From IMG/VR virus record IMGVR_UViG_3300028797_000119: 62,432 nt of DNA; one strand, 5' to 3'. Positions within the stretch are counted from its first letter, which is position 1; every line of letters begins with the position of its first letter. Both the position numbers and the translations under genes were made by a program. The stretch comes from an uncultured virus (IMG/VR IMGVR_UViG_3300028797_000119) (taxonomy: Duplodnaviria; Heunggongvirae; Uroviricota; Caudoviricetes). Positions 36,291-46,576 of the stretch are shown piece by piece. Under the pieces are notes generated by a model, which worked only from the letters and a program-made list of their open reading frames with translations, ran no database searches and was not told where the DNA came from.

Positions 36291-36768
36291 GTCTTGGAGC
36301 CTCACCGAACATAGAAGCGAAATCAAGGAAGCTGTCGTCGATGGCTTCCGGTTCGTTTTGTATAGAAGGCTTATGTATTTCAGTGATAGCTGAAGGTTGC
36401 TTCAACAAATCGCTCACGTCTTCGCCGTTTTGGATTTTCTCAAGGAGACGGTACGGATTCTCGCCGTTAAGAGTGAAAGCTTCCGGACCCATGTCAGTAA
36501 CAAACAGAGTATCTACGAACTCGTCAAGTTCTGGGTTAGGGTCAACCGAGTATTTAGGTGAGTTCTGACGAGAATAATTGGCTACACGAGCCATTACTGG
36601 GTTGATGCCTCCGCTGTATGGGTCAGACATAGTAACCATTTGGTTGAATCGAGTCGTTGCGTCGACCGAGCCGAGACTTGGAGATTCGCCATAGCCTCGC
36701 CCAAATAATAGAACACTTGGTGCGTCAATGCCTTCATGTAACGGTTTCTTGTTGTTCATCTGATCCAT
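36280..36768 (-). CDS. hypothetical protein
   Basis: ORF downstream of ATAAACT motif. Confidence 0.65.
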   Translation of the reverse strand: MDQMNNKKPLHEGIDAPSVLLFGRGYGESPSLGSVDATTRFNQMVTMSDPYSGGINPVMARVANYSRQNSPKYSVDPNPELDEFVDTLFVTDMGPEAFTLNGENPYRLLEKIQNGEDVSDLLKQPSAITEIHKPSIQNEPEAIDDSFLDFASMFGEAPRPKK

Positions 36769-36791
36769 ATTACTTCGCATCCTTTAACTTG

Positions 36792-36803
36792 AGTTTATAA
36801 ACT
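36792..36803. promoter_or_regulatory. palindromic AGTTTATAAACT, putative bidirectional late promoter
   Basis: lies between divergent genes; ATAAACT also at 34956(+), 51675(-), 51706(+), 55316(-). Confidence 0.55.
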
Positions 36804-36827
36804 ACGGTTAGTTATTGGAATTCTACT

Positions 36828-37214
36828 ATGCCAGAAATCGCAAATATACAGCTAAATTCAGTTTTGAAGGATGCCGTGGATACAATGATTCACGGTACCG
36901 GACTAACTAGCAAGGATAACGGCGACAGCATTGAAATCATCGACCTTAACAATCAGCACTGGGGTGCTGTGACATTAGCCGGTACCGATGAACAAGGAAA
37001 CCAGCGTTACAAGTACGATTCGACTGTATGCGGTGACGAAGTTATCAGCGATTTCGACGGTATAACGAACTACATCCACGACGACATGGCCGAGTGTTGG
37101 GATTATCAAGAAGTTCCCAAGGGGGCGTTCCGTGAGTCGATGGAGAATATCAACCCAAAGTTGCGCAAGGCACTGGTGGAAGCATACCATCTGTGCCACA
37201 AGAAAGCGGAATAA
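36828..37214 (+). CDS. hypothetical protein, 128 aa
   Basis: ORF downstream of ATAAACT. Confidence 0.65.
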   Translation: MPEIANIQLNSVLKDAVDTMIHGTGLTSKDNGDSIEIIDLNNQHWGAVTLAGTDEQGNQRYKYDSTVCGDEVISDFDGITNYIHDDMAECWDYQEVPKGAFRESMENINPKLRKALVEAYHLCHKKAE

Positions 37215-37231
37215 AAACGGTTTAAACAAAC

Positions 37232-37260
37232 AGAAAAGGCGGTCGGATGACCGCCTTCTC
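37232..37260. terminator. bidirectional terminator
   Basis: AGAAAAGGCGGTCGGATGACCGCCTTCT between convergent genes. Confidence 0.65.
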
Positions 37261-37280
37261 TAATTCGTAGGTTCAGCGAC

Positions 37281-37547
37281 TTACTTGGTCTTCTTTGCAG
37301 AAGCCTTAGCAGCCTTAGCAGCGGCCTTGAGAGCCGTCACGGTAGCCTGAAGCTTTGCAGCCTTGGCGTTGGCCTTCTGGAGCTTTGCATCAGCCTTGGC
37401 AGCAGCCTTGGAGGCGGAAGCCTTAGCAGAAGCGAGCTGCTTGGCGAGCTTAGCGTTGTCGCTGGTGAGCTTCTTCACAGAAGCCTTGAGAGCCTTAGCG
37501 TCGCAAGATGCGCCGCAAGAGCATACGGATTTATTTTCAGTAGACAT
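37281..37547 (-). CDS. Ala/Lys-rich histone-H1-like basic protein
   Basis: KAAAKA repeats. Confidence 0.65.
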   Translation of the reverse strand: MSTENKSVCSCGASCDAKALKASVKKLTSDNAKLAKQLASAKASASKAAAKADAKLQKANAKAAKLQATVTALKAAAKAAKASAKKTK

Positions 37548-37559
37548 AGGGATTATCCT

Positions 37560-38162
37560 TTATTTATGTTTGACAATATCGTCACTTGGAAATATAGCAT
37601 TGTTGCGTAAGATTGTCAACAGTTCGTCGAAATATTCTTTCGAATGTGTTGATAAGCTTTTGGGTCTCAGCAATACGCCACGTTTCACGTCGAGTAAATT
37701 ATATCTTTTGTATTCATAAAAGACGACGAACGATGCTTTTTCTAAAGAAAAAACAATGTTCATCGATTCGTCGTACATATCGCAGATCGTTCCGAACGGC
37801 TGGAAATAGTCAACCAACGCCTTTGCCACGTTGCAAGCGTCGTACAGAGACTTGAAACGGAGCTTAATGCGACCGAGCGGGCTGATATACACGTTCGATA
37901 GAGCGGACAACGACTTAAAGAAGCCATCAATGTTCGGGTATTTCCACTTGGACGGCCTTGAAAAACTGTCGTGCCATTCCGTCGTCGGAACTTTATTCAC
38001 GAAATTAAACATTCGACAAAACACGACATATTCGTCGCCGTCCTTGCGGACCTTGGCTTGCAAATATTCACGGTGTCTACGAGTCAACTCTTTACCGAAC
38101 TCCGCAAAGGTCGGCTCGTATTCACTCTCGGTATAGCATTGGTTTGGAGCTTCGCTAATCAT
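37560..38162 (-). CDS. hypothetical protein, 200 aa
   Basis: ORF in operon. Confidence 0.65.
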   Translation of the reverse strand: MISEAPNQCYTESEYEPTFAEFGKELTRRHREYLQAKVRKDGDEYVVFCRMFNFVNKVPTTEWHDSFSRPSKWKYPNIDGFFKSLSALSNVYISPLGRIKLRFKSLYDACNVAKALVDYFQPFGTICDMYDESMNIVFSLEKASFVVFYEYKRYNLLDVKRGVLLRPKSLSTHSKEYFDELLTILRNNAIFPSDDIVKHK

Positions 38163-38163
38163 A

Positions 38164-39129
38164 TCAGCCTACAAACGGTGCTTGGTCGGGGAAATGCTTG
38201 ATAATGGCTTGCTTCGTGGCCTCGATGCACTCTTCAAGACTCTTGCTGCCGTCGATGTACTCGATGGGAGAATCGATAAGGTGCTCGGTATCACGGTATG
38301 CCTGACGAATCTTTTCGAGACGGCCCGGTTCCTTCTTCAGAGCCGGTTCACGGTCATAGCAAGTTTCGAGCGGAGTTTCCATAAATATATACAAGTCAGG
38401 CTTCTTGAAGATGTTGTAGTTTGTGTACAAAGCTTCACAGAAATTGTAGATGCTTGGCGAGAAAGCCTTTGCATAAGCCAAACCAGACCAAAGATATCGG
38501 TCGAGAAGACACGGCGTGGTTTTGTATAACTGCTGTTGTGCGAGTCGTCCTTCCAAGAACAACACTTCGCGCTTTGCGTCTTGTCCTTTGTACTCGTCCG
38601 AATTGAGACGGTCAGCCTGTTCAGTAGTGAATACTGGTTCCTTCGTCCAAGAGAACCAAGGCATTTGCTTAATCAACTCTTTGGAGACCGTGGTTTTTCC
38701 AGAATTATCTACGCCTTCAAATACGATAAGACGGCTGGAACGGATAAACCCAGAACGGCAATGTCCGAGGACTTCGACCATAGGGAACATCTTAATGAGC
38801 TGCTGCTTGGAACTGTTAATGAGTTCCACAGCATCGTCGACCGTTGCCGAGTCGAAGTCTTCCGGAGTCATCTTGATAGACAAAGTGCCTTTGAGATTGG
38901 ATTTGCCGTCAAATTCCCAAGCGGTGTGGAATTCCACATACCGGTCCCCATCAGTATAACTGCCGATGTGGTACCCATTGTTCTGAAATCCGATATAACC
39001 GCCGAGGTGGTACCCATTGTACTGAAATCCGAAATTTCCGAAGCCATCGGCAAACGTATCGATTCCGAGATTCGATAGTGATTCTTTCAGTTTTTCCCAA
39101 TTTTCTTTTACTAAAACGGGTGTGCTCAT
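38164..39129 (-). CDS. tmk: thymidylate kinase with about 130-aa N-terminal extension
   Basis: LIVFEGVDNSGKTT, KEP, LLDRY..SGLAY, KPDL. Confidence 0.85.
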   Translation of the reverse strand: MSTPVLVKENWEKLKESLSNLGIDTFADGFGNFGFQYNGYHLGGYIGFQNNGYHIGSYTDGDRYVEFHTAWEFDGKSNLKGTLSIKMTPEDFDSATVDDAVELINSSKQQLIKMFPMVEVLGHCRSGFIRSSRLIVFEGVDNSGKTTVSKELIKQMPWFSWTKEPVFTTEQADRLNSDEYKGQDAKREVLFLEGRLAQQQLYKTTPCLLDRYLWSGLAYAKAFSPSIYNFCEALYTNYNIFKKPDLYIFMETPLETCYDREPALKKEPGRLEKIRQAYRDTEHLIDSPIEYIDGSKSLEECIEATKQAIIKHFPDQAPFVG

Positions 39130-39206
39130 AGTAACCTCTTGTTTTCCGGAAATATAAAAAAGGTTGAGTTTAAACTCAACCTTTCCGCTAATTACCGTCC
39201 AACCCG

Positions 39207-39995
39207 TTAACTAAAGAAGAGCTTTTGGACAGTATACTTGATAGTATTGGTTTCTTGGATAGGCCATACCTCTATAGTAAAGCCGTTCGGAGACTTGCTT
39301 GTACATACGAACTGATCCGAATTAGGGTCAATCTGGCACTGAGTGGCCGGACATATGTATTGAACCAAGTCCACGTTTTCCAATGTCTTGGATATGCCTC
39401 GATAGTCATATTCTTGGCACTTATTGACCAGTTGCGTTTTGCAGTAGTCGTGATAGTGACCACAGAAAATCACATTGGATCCAGACTCAACCATCATGTT
39501 GATGATTTTTTCTCGACTCAGCTCGTACAAGTCGTGCTTGCTCATAAAGCGATGCGACGTGGGAAGCACCGGATAATGGGTAAACACAATCGAATTGGAC
39601 AGCATCGAAGCCTTGTTGAACGGACAGATTAACTGACCACGACCACACTTGATGCCGGATTCTTCATCCCACACGGTCGGAATGAGTGAAACCGGCACTC
39701 CCTTGTAGATGAACGACTCGGTGTGCTCTTTAAATACCTTGTTGAGAACCTTCACATCGTCGTGGTTACCCGGAAGCACGGCATAGAGCTGTCCGAACTT
39801 CTCCTCGATAATTGCCTTGATCTTATTGTAGTTCTCTTCGTGGTTATTGTCAGCCAAGTCACCAGTGATGACAAGGTACGAATCCTTGTGGGCGGCATCG
39901 ATGACTTTACGGAAGTTTTCCTCTACGGTAAATTTTCCGCCATAATCACCGCCTAAGTGGATGTCGGTAATCTGGGTGAACAGTACCGGATCCAT
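39207..39995 (-). CDS. CpdA/Icc-like metallophosphoesterase
   Basis: QITDIH, VITGDL, PGNHD, THYP, CGHYH. Confidence 0.85.
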   Translation of the reverse strand: MDPVLFTQITDIHLGGDYGGKFTVEENFRKVIDAAHKDSYLVITGDLADNNHEENYNKIKAIIEEKFGQLYAVLPGNHDDVKVLNKVFKEHTESFIYKGVPVSLIPTVWDEESGIKCGRGQLICPFNKASMLSNSIVFTHYPVLPTSHRFMSKHDLYELSREKIINMMVESGSNVIFCGHYHDYCKTQLVNKCQEYDYRGISKTLENVDLVQYICPATQCQIDPNSDQFVCTSKSPNGFTIEVWPIQETNTIKYTVQKLFFS

Positions 39996-39997
39996 AA

Positions 39998-40621
39998 CTA
40001 ACCCTTGTAGACGGTCGGCACGACCTTGCAGAGCATACTGTTCGCGATAACGAACGCAGCGTCACGGGTCTTGGGGCTGTCGTCTTCGAACGAGGCCGCA
40101 GATGCACCATCAACGAGTTCGATGTCGGCGTTCGGGAACCAAGCGCGGAAGATGACAAGCTGGCTCATATTGCAGATGTCGGTGCAAGTACCGCAGATGC
40201 GGATGCGCACCTTCTTACCGGAGAGCAATGCGGCAACGGCGTCTTGGTCGGTGGAATCGATGTCGAAAAGAACCTTCGGCCAGTTGATGTAGCCAAAGTT
40301 GTGCTTGTCCACGAACTTTGCACCAGCTTCTTCGAGAGCCTTCATAATGGTCTCTTCGATTTCCCATCCTTTAGTACCGTATTCGCAGTGGAACGGCAAC
40401 AACTTGCCTTCGACGGAATCCGCGTAGGATTCCTTGAAATGGGTATCGCGAGTTGCGATAACGGTTCCCTTCCACTGGCGAATTTCTTCGACCACTGCCG
40501 GGATGACCTTCTTGGCGGTATCGTTCTTGAGAACGCCGCCGATAAAATCGTTCTGCATATCGACCACCACGAGGATGTCGATATCGTACTGCTGCTTTTC
40601 GTTTTCTTCTGCCATTTTCAT
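39998..40621 (-). CDS. pncA: nicotinamidase (isochorismatase family)
   Basis: VVDMQNDF, TRDTH, HC..GT.GW, K, GTCTDIC; in operon with pncB. Confidence 0.85.
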   Translation of the reverse strand: MKMAEENEKQQYDIDILVVVDMQNDFIGGVLKNDTAKKVIPAVVEEIRQWKGTVIATRDTHFKESYADSVEGKLLPFHCEYGTKGWEIEETIMKALEEAGAKFVDKHNFGYINWPKVLFDIDSTDQDAVAALLSGKKVRIRICGTCTDICNMSQLVIFRAWFPNADIELVDGASAASFEDDSPKTRDAAFVIANSMLCKVVPTVYKG

Positions 40622-40630
40622 CTCCTTGAT

Positions 40631-41902
40631 TTAAAGAGGCATATCGATCACACGGTATTCCGTATTTAGTTCAGGGTAAACCCGGCGACGCTTCAAGAAA
40701 GCCTCGAAAATTTTCTTGTGGTGGAAAGCGAGCGGGATATTCTTAACTTCTTCAATATCGACCCATTCAGCTTCCTTTGCATCATCGCTAGCGATTGGTT
40801 TCTGGAATGCGTGACCAGTTAAGTCGACCATTAGACCGACGTCGTATGCCCAAAAATTTTTAAATTTTGTTGAACGAGGATCGTCCGGAGTATACACACC
40901 CAGTTGGATAACTTCATTTGGTTCTACATTACCAATCTTGGTTTCTTCTTTGACTTCACGAAGTGCTACGGTTTCAATATCTTCGTGTGGATTGGAAAAG
41001 CCACCGGGGAAACACCAATAGTTATGGAACGGGAATTTCTTACGGCGAACCAAAAGAACCTTGTTTTTGTATTGCAAGACCGTAGTCGCGGTCACCGACG
41101 GTTTCGGGTATTCATCCGGCGTATACGCTTCTAGTTCGGCGGATTCAATTTGTTCATGCTGAGCCGGATTATCTTGTCCGAGGAATCCAGACCGACCGAG
41201 TTCCATCGCAACTATGATTGGAACATCTTTACCATCATACAGAGGGTTGAATTTCATGGCACGACGGACCTCGGTCGAGGACACACAAGGAACTTTCCAA
41301 TTTACATACTTTACCCGGAGTTCAGAATCATTTGGTTCTGTAATGACAATGTCAGACCGCATTATGCAAATAACATCGCATTCGCCAGACGAACGAACGT
41401 TAGGTCGGTCAACTATGAGGAATCCGCACCGATTGAGCAACCAGTCGGATTCAACCCATTCACGACGCTTGATGCTTTTCCATTCGTCGTAACCCATAAC
41501 CAAATTGATATTGATATTTTCTTCTGTGAGACCCGGATATACGTTACCCTTGATGGTATCTGCAATCAGCGTCTTCAATGTAGCCGCCATACGTTCGGTC
41601 TGTGGAAGAACAGTTATCGGAGCGTCCACACCAATTACCTCTTCTACCAAGCGACGGCGGGTTTCGAACGGAACATAATACTTTTTCTCGTCGTTATTCG
41701 TCACATAGACAATAGTCGAGAAATATTCAATCTTATCTAAGTCATTTTTTGGAACGACATTCCCTTCCTCGTCATAGCTTGTACTGCGGTCGGAAAGCGT
41801 TTGTACATAATTGACTAAGTTGCGGATGATTCCTTCGTGACCGACGGTCATCGGATCGAAGGCACCGCCATAAATGAACATATTAAGTTGTATCGGTTTC
41901 AT
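40631..41902 (-). CDS. nadD: bifunctional NaMN/NMN adenylyltransferase (NadD-like) + Nudix ADP-ribose pyrophosphatase
   Basis: YGGAFDPMTVGH, VMGYD, VSSTEVR; Nudix box PGG..NPHE....ALREVKEET; ASDDA, LAFHH. Confidence 0.85.
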   Translation of the reverse strand: MKPIQLNMFIYGGAFDPMTVGHEGIIRNLVNYVQTLSDRSTSYDEEGNVVPKNDLDKIEYFSTIVYVTNNDEKKYYVPFETRRRLVEEVIGVDAPITVLPQTERMAATLKTLIADTIKGNVYPGLTEENININLVMGYDEWKSIKRREWVESDWLLNRCGFLIVDRPNVRSSGECDVICIMRSDIVITEPNDSELRVKYVNWKVPCVSSTEVRRAMKFNPLYDGKDVPIIVAMELGRSGFLGQDNPAQHEQIESAELEAYTPDEYPKPSVTATTVLQYKNKVLLVRRKKFPFHNYWCFPGGFSNPHEDIETVALREVKEETKIGNVEPNEVIQLGVYTPDDPRSTKFKNFWAYDVGLMVDLTGHAFQKPIASDDAKEAEWVDIEEVKNIPLAFHHKKIFEAFLKRRRVYPELNTEYRVIDMPL

Positions 41903-41908
41903 ATCCTA

Positions 41909-41937
41909 AATATAGCAAAAGCCGGTTGAGTTGTCAA
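41909..41937 (-). promoter_or_regulatory. sigma70-type promoter TTGACA-N17-TATATT overlapping the pncB terminator hairpin
   Basis: AAAAGCCGGTTGAGTTGTCAACCGGCTTTT hairpin contains the -35. Confidence 0.7.
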
Positions 41938-41964
41938 CCGGCTTTTATGTGAATTTTCTTTAAT

Positions 41965-43353
41965 TTAGGCTGCCGCGCCGTAGACGTGGAGCTGGCATTC
42001 TTCGAAGCTCAAGTCGTCAATCGACTTGTAGTCGAAGGTGTCCATAATGTTGTCCACGGTCTTCTGGCTATGGCACATACCCTTGCTTGCAGTGTCCGAG
42101 ACCTTCGCCACGTCGACCCAAGTAGAACGGCTGTCGTTCGCGATGCGGATGGTCTTCATCACCATCGAGAGCGGATCCTTCTTCATACCTAAAATCGTGG
42201 CACAGAGGAACGTACCGATGCCGAACGCAATCTTGATGCGTCCGTTGAAGTGACGTGCAATCATAATAGCCTTGTCAGCGTCGAGGCTATCCGACCAGCA
42301 AGCCACCTTCGTCGTCGGGTCGATTCCGAGACGCTTGTAGTGCGCGATAAGCAATTCACCCCACTTGATCGGGTCGCCAGAGTCGTGACGAGCACCGTCG
42401 AACAGCTTGGCGTAATACTTATCAAAGTCACGCAAGAACGCGAGGAATCCGTAGTTGTCGGAGAGTGCAACTCCGAGGTCGCCGTGGAATTCCTTCGCCC
42501 AGTCTTCGAGTACACGCTGCTGAGCAAGTCGGAGCGGAATTTCCTTGATGCCCTGATAGGTGGCGTAGAGTTCGTGAGCGAAAGTACCGATTGCCTTGGT
42601 GTCGCACTTGATGGCGAGGTACACATTGCTCGTGCCGACGAAGGCCGGGCAATACTTCTTCATCGTGCGAACCATATATTCGTTCCATTCGTCGCTCACG
42701 CTGCGGCGGATGCCGAAGTCGGAAACGGTGAAGCGGAGACCTTCGCGCCAAGCGGCGTTCCACTTTTCAATGACGGCGTCAAGGTTGGCCTTGGCGACAT
42801 CCCAGTTAATTTCTTCGTCGTCGAAATAGAGGTGCTGGATAATCTGCAGCACATAGATTTCGAACCAAGATACGAGATGCTGCGGACCCTTGGAACGGAT
42901 GACGATGCATCCGGGTTCGTTCTTGTCCTTCGTGACGGTGATGAACTTGCGGTCTAGCTGGAAGCGACTGAGATAGTCGATGTAGTCAGCCGTGATCCAG
43001 GGCATAACCTTGGCAATTCCTTCGAGTTCCCACGGCTTGTAGCGGAGAGAACAGAGGTGGTCGAGTTCCTTGACGATATCGTCGTACAAGTAGGAGATGT
43101 CCACTCCCTTGGTGCGAAGACGGAATTCCCATTCAGCCTGAACCGACGGATAGCGGTGGAAGTAGAACTGACACATCGAATACTTGTATGCGTCGGTCTG
43201 CGTAAGGTGTTGGATAACCCTGCGGTCCGGATGCAGACGCTTGTAGGGTTTGTTGATGGTCATAGTCGGCGTCGACTTCGGCACCTTCTTGACCACCGTA
43301 CGGTTAGGCATCTTGGCCTTAACGACATTTATTTTGGAAGCTTTTACTGCCAT
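41965..43353 (-). CDS. pncB: nicotinate phosphoribosyltransferase
   Basis: TDAYKYSM, DFGIRR, GTSNV, GTFAHE, GARHDSGDP, SDSLD, FGIGT, KVSD..SKG. Confidence 0.93.
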   Translation of the reverse strand: MAVKASKINVVKAKMPNRTVVKKVPKSTPTMTINKPYKRLHPDRRVIQHLTQTDAYKYSMCQFYFHRYPSVQAEWEFRLRTKGVDISYLYDDIVKELDHLCSLRYKPWELEGIAKVMPWITADYIDYLSRFQLDRKFITVTKDKNEPGCIVIRSKGPQHLVSWFEIYVLQIIQHLYFDDEEINWDVAKANLDAVIEKWNAAWREGLRFTVSDFGIRRSVSDEWNEYMVRTMKKYCPAFVGTSNVYLAIKCDTKAIGTFAHELYATYQGIKEIPLRLAQQRVLEDWAKEFHGDLGVALSDNYGFLAFLRDFDKYYAKLFDGARHDSGDPIKWGELLIAHYKRLGIDPTTKVACWSDSLDADKAIMIARHFNGRIKIAFGIGTFLCATILGMKKDPLSMVMKTIRIANDSRSTWVDVAKVSDTASKGMCHSQKTVDNIMDTFDYKSIDDLSFEECQLHVYGAAA

Positions 43354-43357
43354 AGAA

Positions 43358-43588
43358 TTATTCCTTGATCATGTAGTTTGTGATATTCTTGTATATCCGT
43401 CCGTCGTCGCAATGCATGTTGGAATACTCAACGCCTCTATGAAACTTGGTGTAAAGAGTACCACTACATTCGAAACCCGGACCGACTACGGTTATGTTCG
43501 TTTTGTTCGTTCCGCACTTACATAGCTTGCATCCGAACAATCCTAAAACAGACATCAAAATCAGCAATATAATGCATTTTTTGAACAT
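43358..43588 (-). CDS. small putative lipoprotein
   Basis: LFGC lipobox. Confidence 0.5.
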   Translation of the reverse strand: MFKKCIILLILMSVLGLFGCKLCKCGTNKTNITVVGPGFECSGTLYTKFHRGVEYSNMHCDDGRIYKNITNYMIKE

Positions 43589-43650
43589 TTTTTCTCCTTA
43601 TCAACATGTAATAACCATTTGTAAACATTTTATTAACATTTTACCAACGT

Positions 43651-44115
43651 TTAGCTATTAATATAGTTAATGATGTAGTTATGCCAGTAGCGGTTTGTCC
43701 AGTCTATGAAACTATCAATCGTATCTTCTTTGACATAAGACATCCTCAAGATTTTCCTTATACACGCGTTGTCTGGTGCGTATCTGTCTATACTTCCGCT
43801 GTTTGGACCGAACATCGACCACATCCCATCAACTTTCATGTGAAGACCATTTAATACGAAGACATTCGGAAACGCACCCAGAGCTTCAGCGATGTACTTG
43901 ACTCCATCTTCACGAGTTCCACACGCGAACGCCATGACAGCGTACCTCGGTACACTAGTCTTGACAAGCGATACGCAATACAAGCGGAAAGAATCCCGAC
44001 TACTCCATATCAACTTGAGTATGCCGTAGCAACGCTGTCTATAGCGAGATATTGAAATACTCAAGGAAATTGACATGATGAAACATATCAGCATGTACAT
44101 AATAGCACGCGACAT
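43651..44115 (-). CDS. membrane-anchored hypothetical protein
   Basis: hydrophobic N-terminus. Confidence 0.55.
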   Translation of the reverse strand: MSRAIMYMLICFIMSISLSISISRYRQRCYGILKLIWSSRDSFRLYCVSLVKTSVPRYAVMAFACGTREDGVKYIAEALGAFPNVFVLNGLHMKVDGMWSMFGPNSGSIDRYAPDNACIRKILRMSYVKEDTIDSFIDWTNRYWHNYIINYINS

Positions 44116-44657
44116 TATTTTGATTTAACCTCGGCAACAAGTCGGTTCGTTTCTTCGTCCATCTTCATCCTATTCATCAATGCGGTCAACTCCGGCTTAA
44201 GGCCGTCCTTTTCGAGCTGCTTCAGTCGGTCGATTTCGCCTTGGAAGATTCCGATGGTTTCGTCGACCTTCTCTTGGAGTTCGTCCACTGTGAAAACGTG
44301 GATGTTTTCCGGAACAGTGTCGATGGGTCCGAGACAGTTGTCTTGCCCGATGATATGGATGACCGCGCTAATCTTGTCCCCAGACTTGACGAAATATGTG
44401 TCGGTGGCCGCAGCGCCTTGTCCAAAGCGGTCTTCATATATGTGCGGCTTCAAGACGGCTTGTAGAATAGGCACGTTGAACTTGAAAAAACCACGGAAAG
44501 CATAAGGCAAGCTTTCTTCGCCCAGTTGCAACTGGTTCTCGATAGCCTTGGCCATCTTTTTTTTGTCAAATTTACGGAGAGCCTTCAGCTGTTCACCAAA
44601 AAGTTCTTCGAGCGCAGCGGAAGTATAAAGGGTCTTTTTCTCGGTATTATCAGCCAT
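44115..44657 (-). CDS. hypothetical protein, 180 aa
   Basis: ORF with GAGG RBS. Confidence 0.7.
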   Translation of the reverse strand: MADNTEKKTLYTSAALEELFGEQLKALRKFDKKKMAKAIENQLQLGEESLPYAFRGFFKFNVPILQAVLKPHIYEDRFGQGAAATDTYFVKSGDKISAVIHIIGQDNCLGPIDTVPENIHVFTVDELQEKVDETIGIFQGEIDRLKQLEKDGLKPELTALMNRMKMDEETNRLVAEVKSK

Positions 44658-44929
44658 AAATTCCTCTAGGGGTTGACAAAAATATAGGAATTTGCTAAAC
44701 TGTTGTCAAGTGCAAGGATGTAAATTATGAAGACAAAAGCATCAGAAAGCGCGTCGCAGCGCAAAGAGAGGGTTGCCGGGACCGGCAACGGTGCCACCTT
44801 GCGAACTAGGGTGGTACAAATCAAGTCGAAGTATTGCAGAAAAGAGAAGCACAAGGGACAGTCCATCGCAAGAGCGATGGATTTCGCTTTTTATGGACGT
44901 TCTAAACTACAAGTAGCTATATTTGCAGT

Positions 44930-45577
44930 ATGAGACGAAAGCAAGTTAAATACGACCTCACCGAGGTTGACGTTGGCCGCGCAATCAAGGAAGCCAACCT
45001 TTTCAAGAATATGGAATACGCCGAAGAAGTCGGCATCGGTTCATCCGGGTCTTGTGACCTAGTGTATTTCAACGACGGCGAAGTGTACGCCATCGAACTC
45101 AAGAAACAAGTGAACATCAAGGTTATGGCTCAAGCTACGCGATGGCTGGAAACCGCTTCCAGAGTGTACGTTGCGTGTCCTTGCACACTGAGCCAAGACG
45201 CTCGCCAAGTCCTCCGTACGATGGGTATCGGCTACATTATGGTTTCGGAATTCCAAGGAATCCTTGACGACAAGCCGCAGCTCCACGCCAGAATCGCACT
45301 GCAAGCGGAGCCGCTTCCCGGAAACTTGGATTTCTGGCTTCCGGAACTCAAGCATATGGACAAAAAGCTTGAAGCCGGTACGCAGACCGGCTCCAGATCG
45401 ACATCATTTTCTCGTTTCATTGCCCGTGCGAAGGAATACTTCGCCGAGCATCCAGAGGCCACGCTGAAGGACATCGCAACGAAGGTCCCCAACCATTACT
45501 CGTCGTACTACTCCTGTATGGGCGCACTGAGAAAGTACGCCAAGTGGGGTATCATCGAAAAGTGCTGGAAAGACTAG
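44930..45577 (+). CDS. putative PD-(D/E)XK nuclease-like protein
   Basis: EV...CDLV...AIELK...QA...VYVA pattern. Confidence 0.6.
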   Translation: MRRKQVKYDLTEVDVGRAIKEANLFKNMEYAEEVGIGSSGSCDLVYFNDGEVYAIELKKQVNIKVMAQATRWLETASRVYVACPCTLSQDARQVLRTMGIGYIMVSEFQGILDDKPQLHARIALQAEPLPGNLDFWLPELKHMDKKLEAGTQTGSRSTSFSRFIARAKEYFAEHPEATLKDIATKVPNHYSSYYSCMGALRKYAKWGIIEKCWKD

Positions 45578-46056
45578 AGCTTCCAAGCGACGGCGTTCAC
45601 GCCTTCTTGGATAAGCTGCTGCTTCAGCAAAGCCAACGCGCAAGAACTTTCCGGTAGACGGTTTGTCTCAACCATTAAAAGCGGACCGTACTGTCTCGGC
45701 GTCGGACAGAAGATGAACGACACGATAAGTATCGGCAACAATACCAACGCCGTATCGAAGGTATAAGTAGCCGCAGTAAGTATCTTAGGGGTTTCTGCGG
45801 CAGTTACGGCAATTCCCGATATGAGCGTGGTAATCATATCGACAACCATCAGAGCCAACAGCAGCTCCTTTGCGATACCGGAGCGGTGGATCAGTTTCTG
45901 GTAATAAGCGCATTTTTCCAAAGTCACCGGGTCAACTACCGGTCTTGGCTGTTGCATCGGCAATCGCTGAGACGATGTTGCCGTATTGGTTTGCGTTTTC
46001 TGGGGCTTCTGTAGATCCATTTGTATTGCTGCCATTTCGACGTTTTTCCTCTTCAA
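45574..46056 (-). CDS. 2-TM membrane protein
   Basis: two hydrophobic segments. Confidence 0.55.
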   Translation of the reverse strand: MKRKNVEMAAIQMDLQKPQKTQTNTATSSQRLPMQQPRPVVDPVTLEKCAYYQKLIHRSGIAKELLLALMVVDMITTLISGIAVTAAETPKILTAATYTFDTALVLLPILIVSFIFCPTPRQYGPLLMVETNRLPESSCALALLKQQLIQEGVNAVAWKL

Positions 46057-46576
46057 CCATCTGTTTTAGAACGGCTCTGTCAATTTCTTGCTTGATTTCT
46101 GATTTCAATACGTCGGTGAATTCATTAAACATGTCTGGCCGTTCATCAATCAGTTCGAGCTTCAGTTCATGATATGCTCCCGCGTAATATTCCAAGCCTT
46201 GTTCAATCGTTATCTGGTGGTTTCCTTTGTGGAATGCCATCCCCGGATTAGCGGTGTGTTTCGTAACAGGAACCTTATGGAACCTGTCCTTGATAACACG
46301 GTGGACGCCTTCGTGCTCCGGCTTCTTGTCAATGTACTCATACAAGTCATCGTTGATACTTAGGTGGGTATCGGTTGACTCGTCCAAGTCGATAAGAACC
46401 ATACACCATCCTAGGATGTTCAATATGTCCGGCAGCTCGTAGTACACGGTAGATATCGCGTTGGCGGCGACCAAGCATTTCTCGCTATCATACGGATACA
46501 GCGTTATAGTTTTGCCTGACCATAAAGCCGGTTGGATGCGCCGTCCAAGAATTTTGTTAGGTATTTCCAGATTCAT
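45932..46576 (-). CDS. hypothetical protein (MNLEIPNK...)
   Basis: ORF in operon; start approximate. Confidence 0.55.
   Translation of the reverse strand: MNLEIPNKILGRRIQPALWSGKTITLYPYDSEKCLVAANAISTVYYELPDILNILGWCMVLIDLDESTDTHLSINDDLYEYIDKKPEHEGVHRVIKDRFHKVPVTKHTANPGMAFHKGNHQITIEQGLEYYAGAYHELKLELIDERPDMFNEFTDVLKSEIKQEIDRAVLKQMVEEEKRRNGSNTNGSTEAPENANQYGNIVSAIADATAKTGS

Noticed and set aside
44727..44933. 68-aa basic ORF upstream of the nuclease-like gene
   Set aside because: It is plausible, with a TTGACA upstream, but short and without recognisable features.
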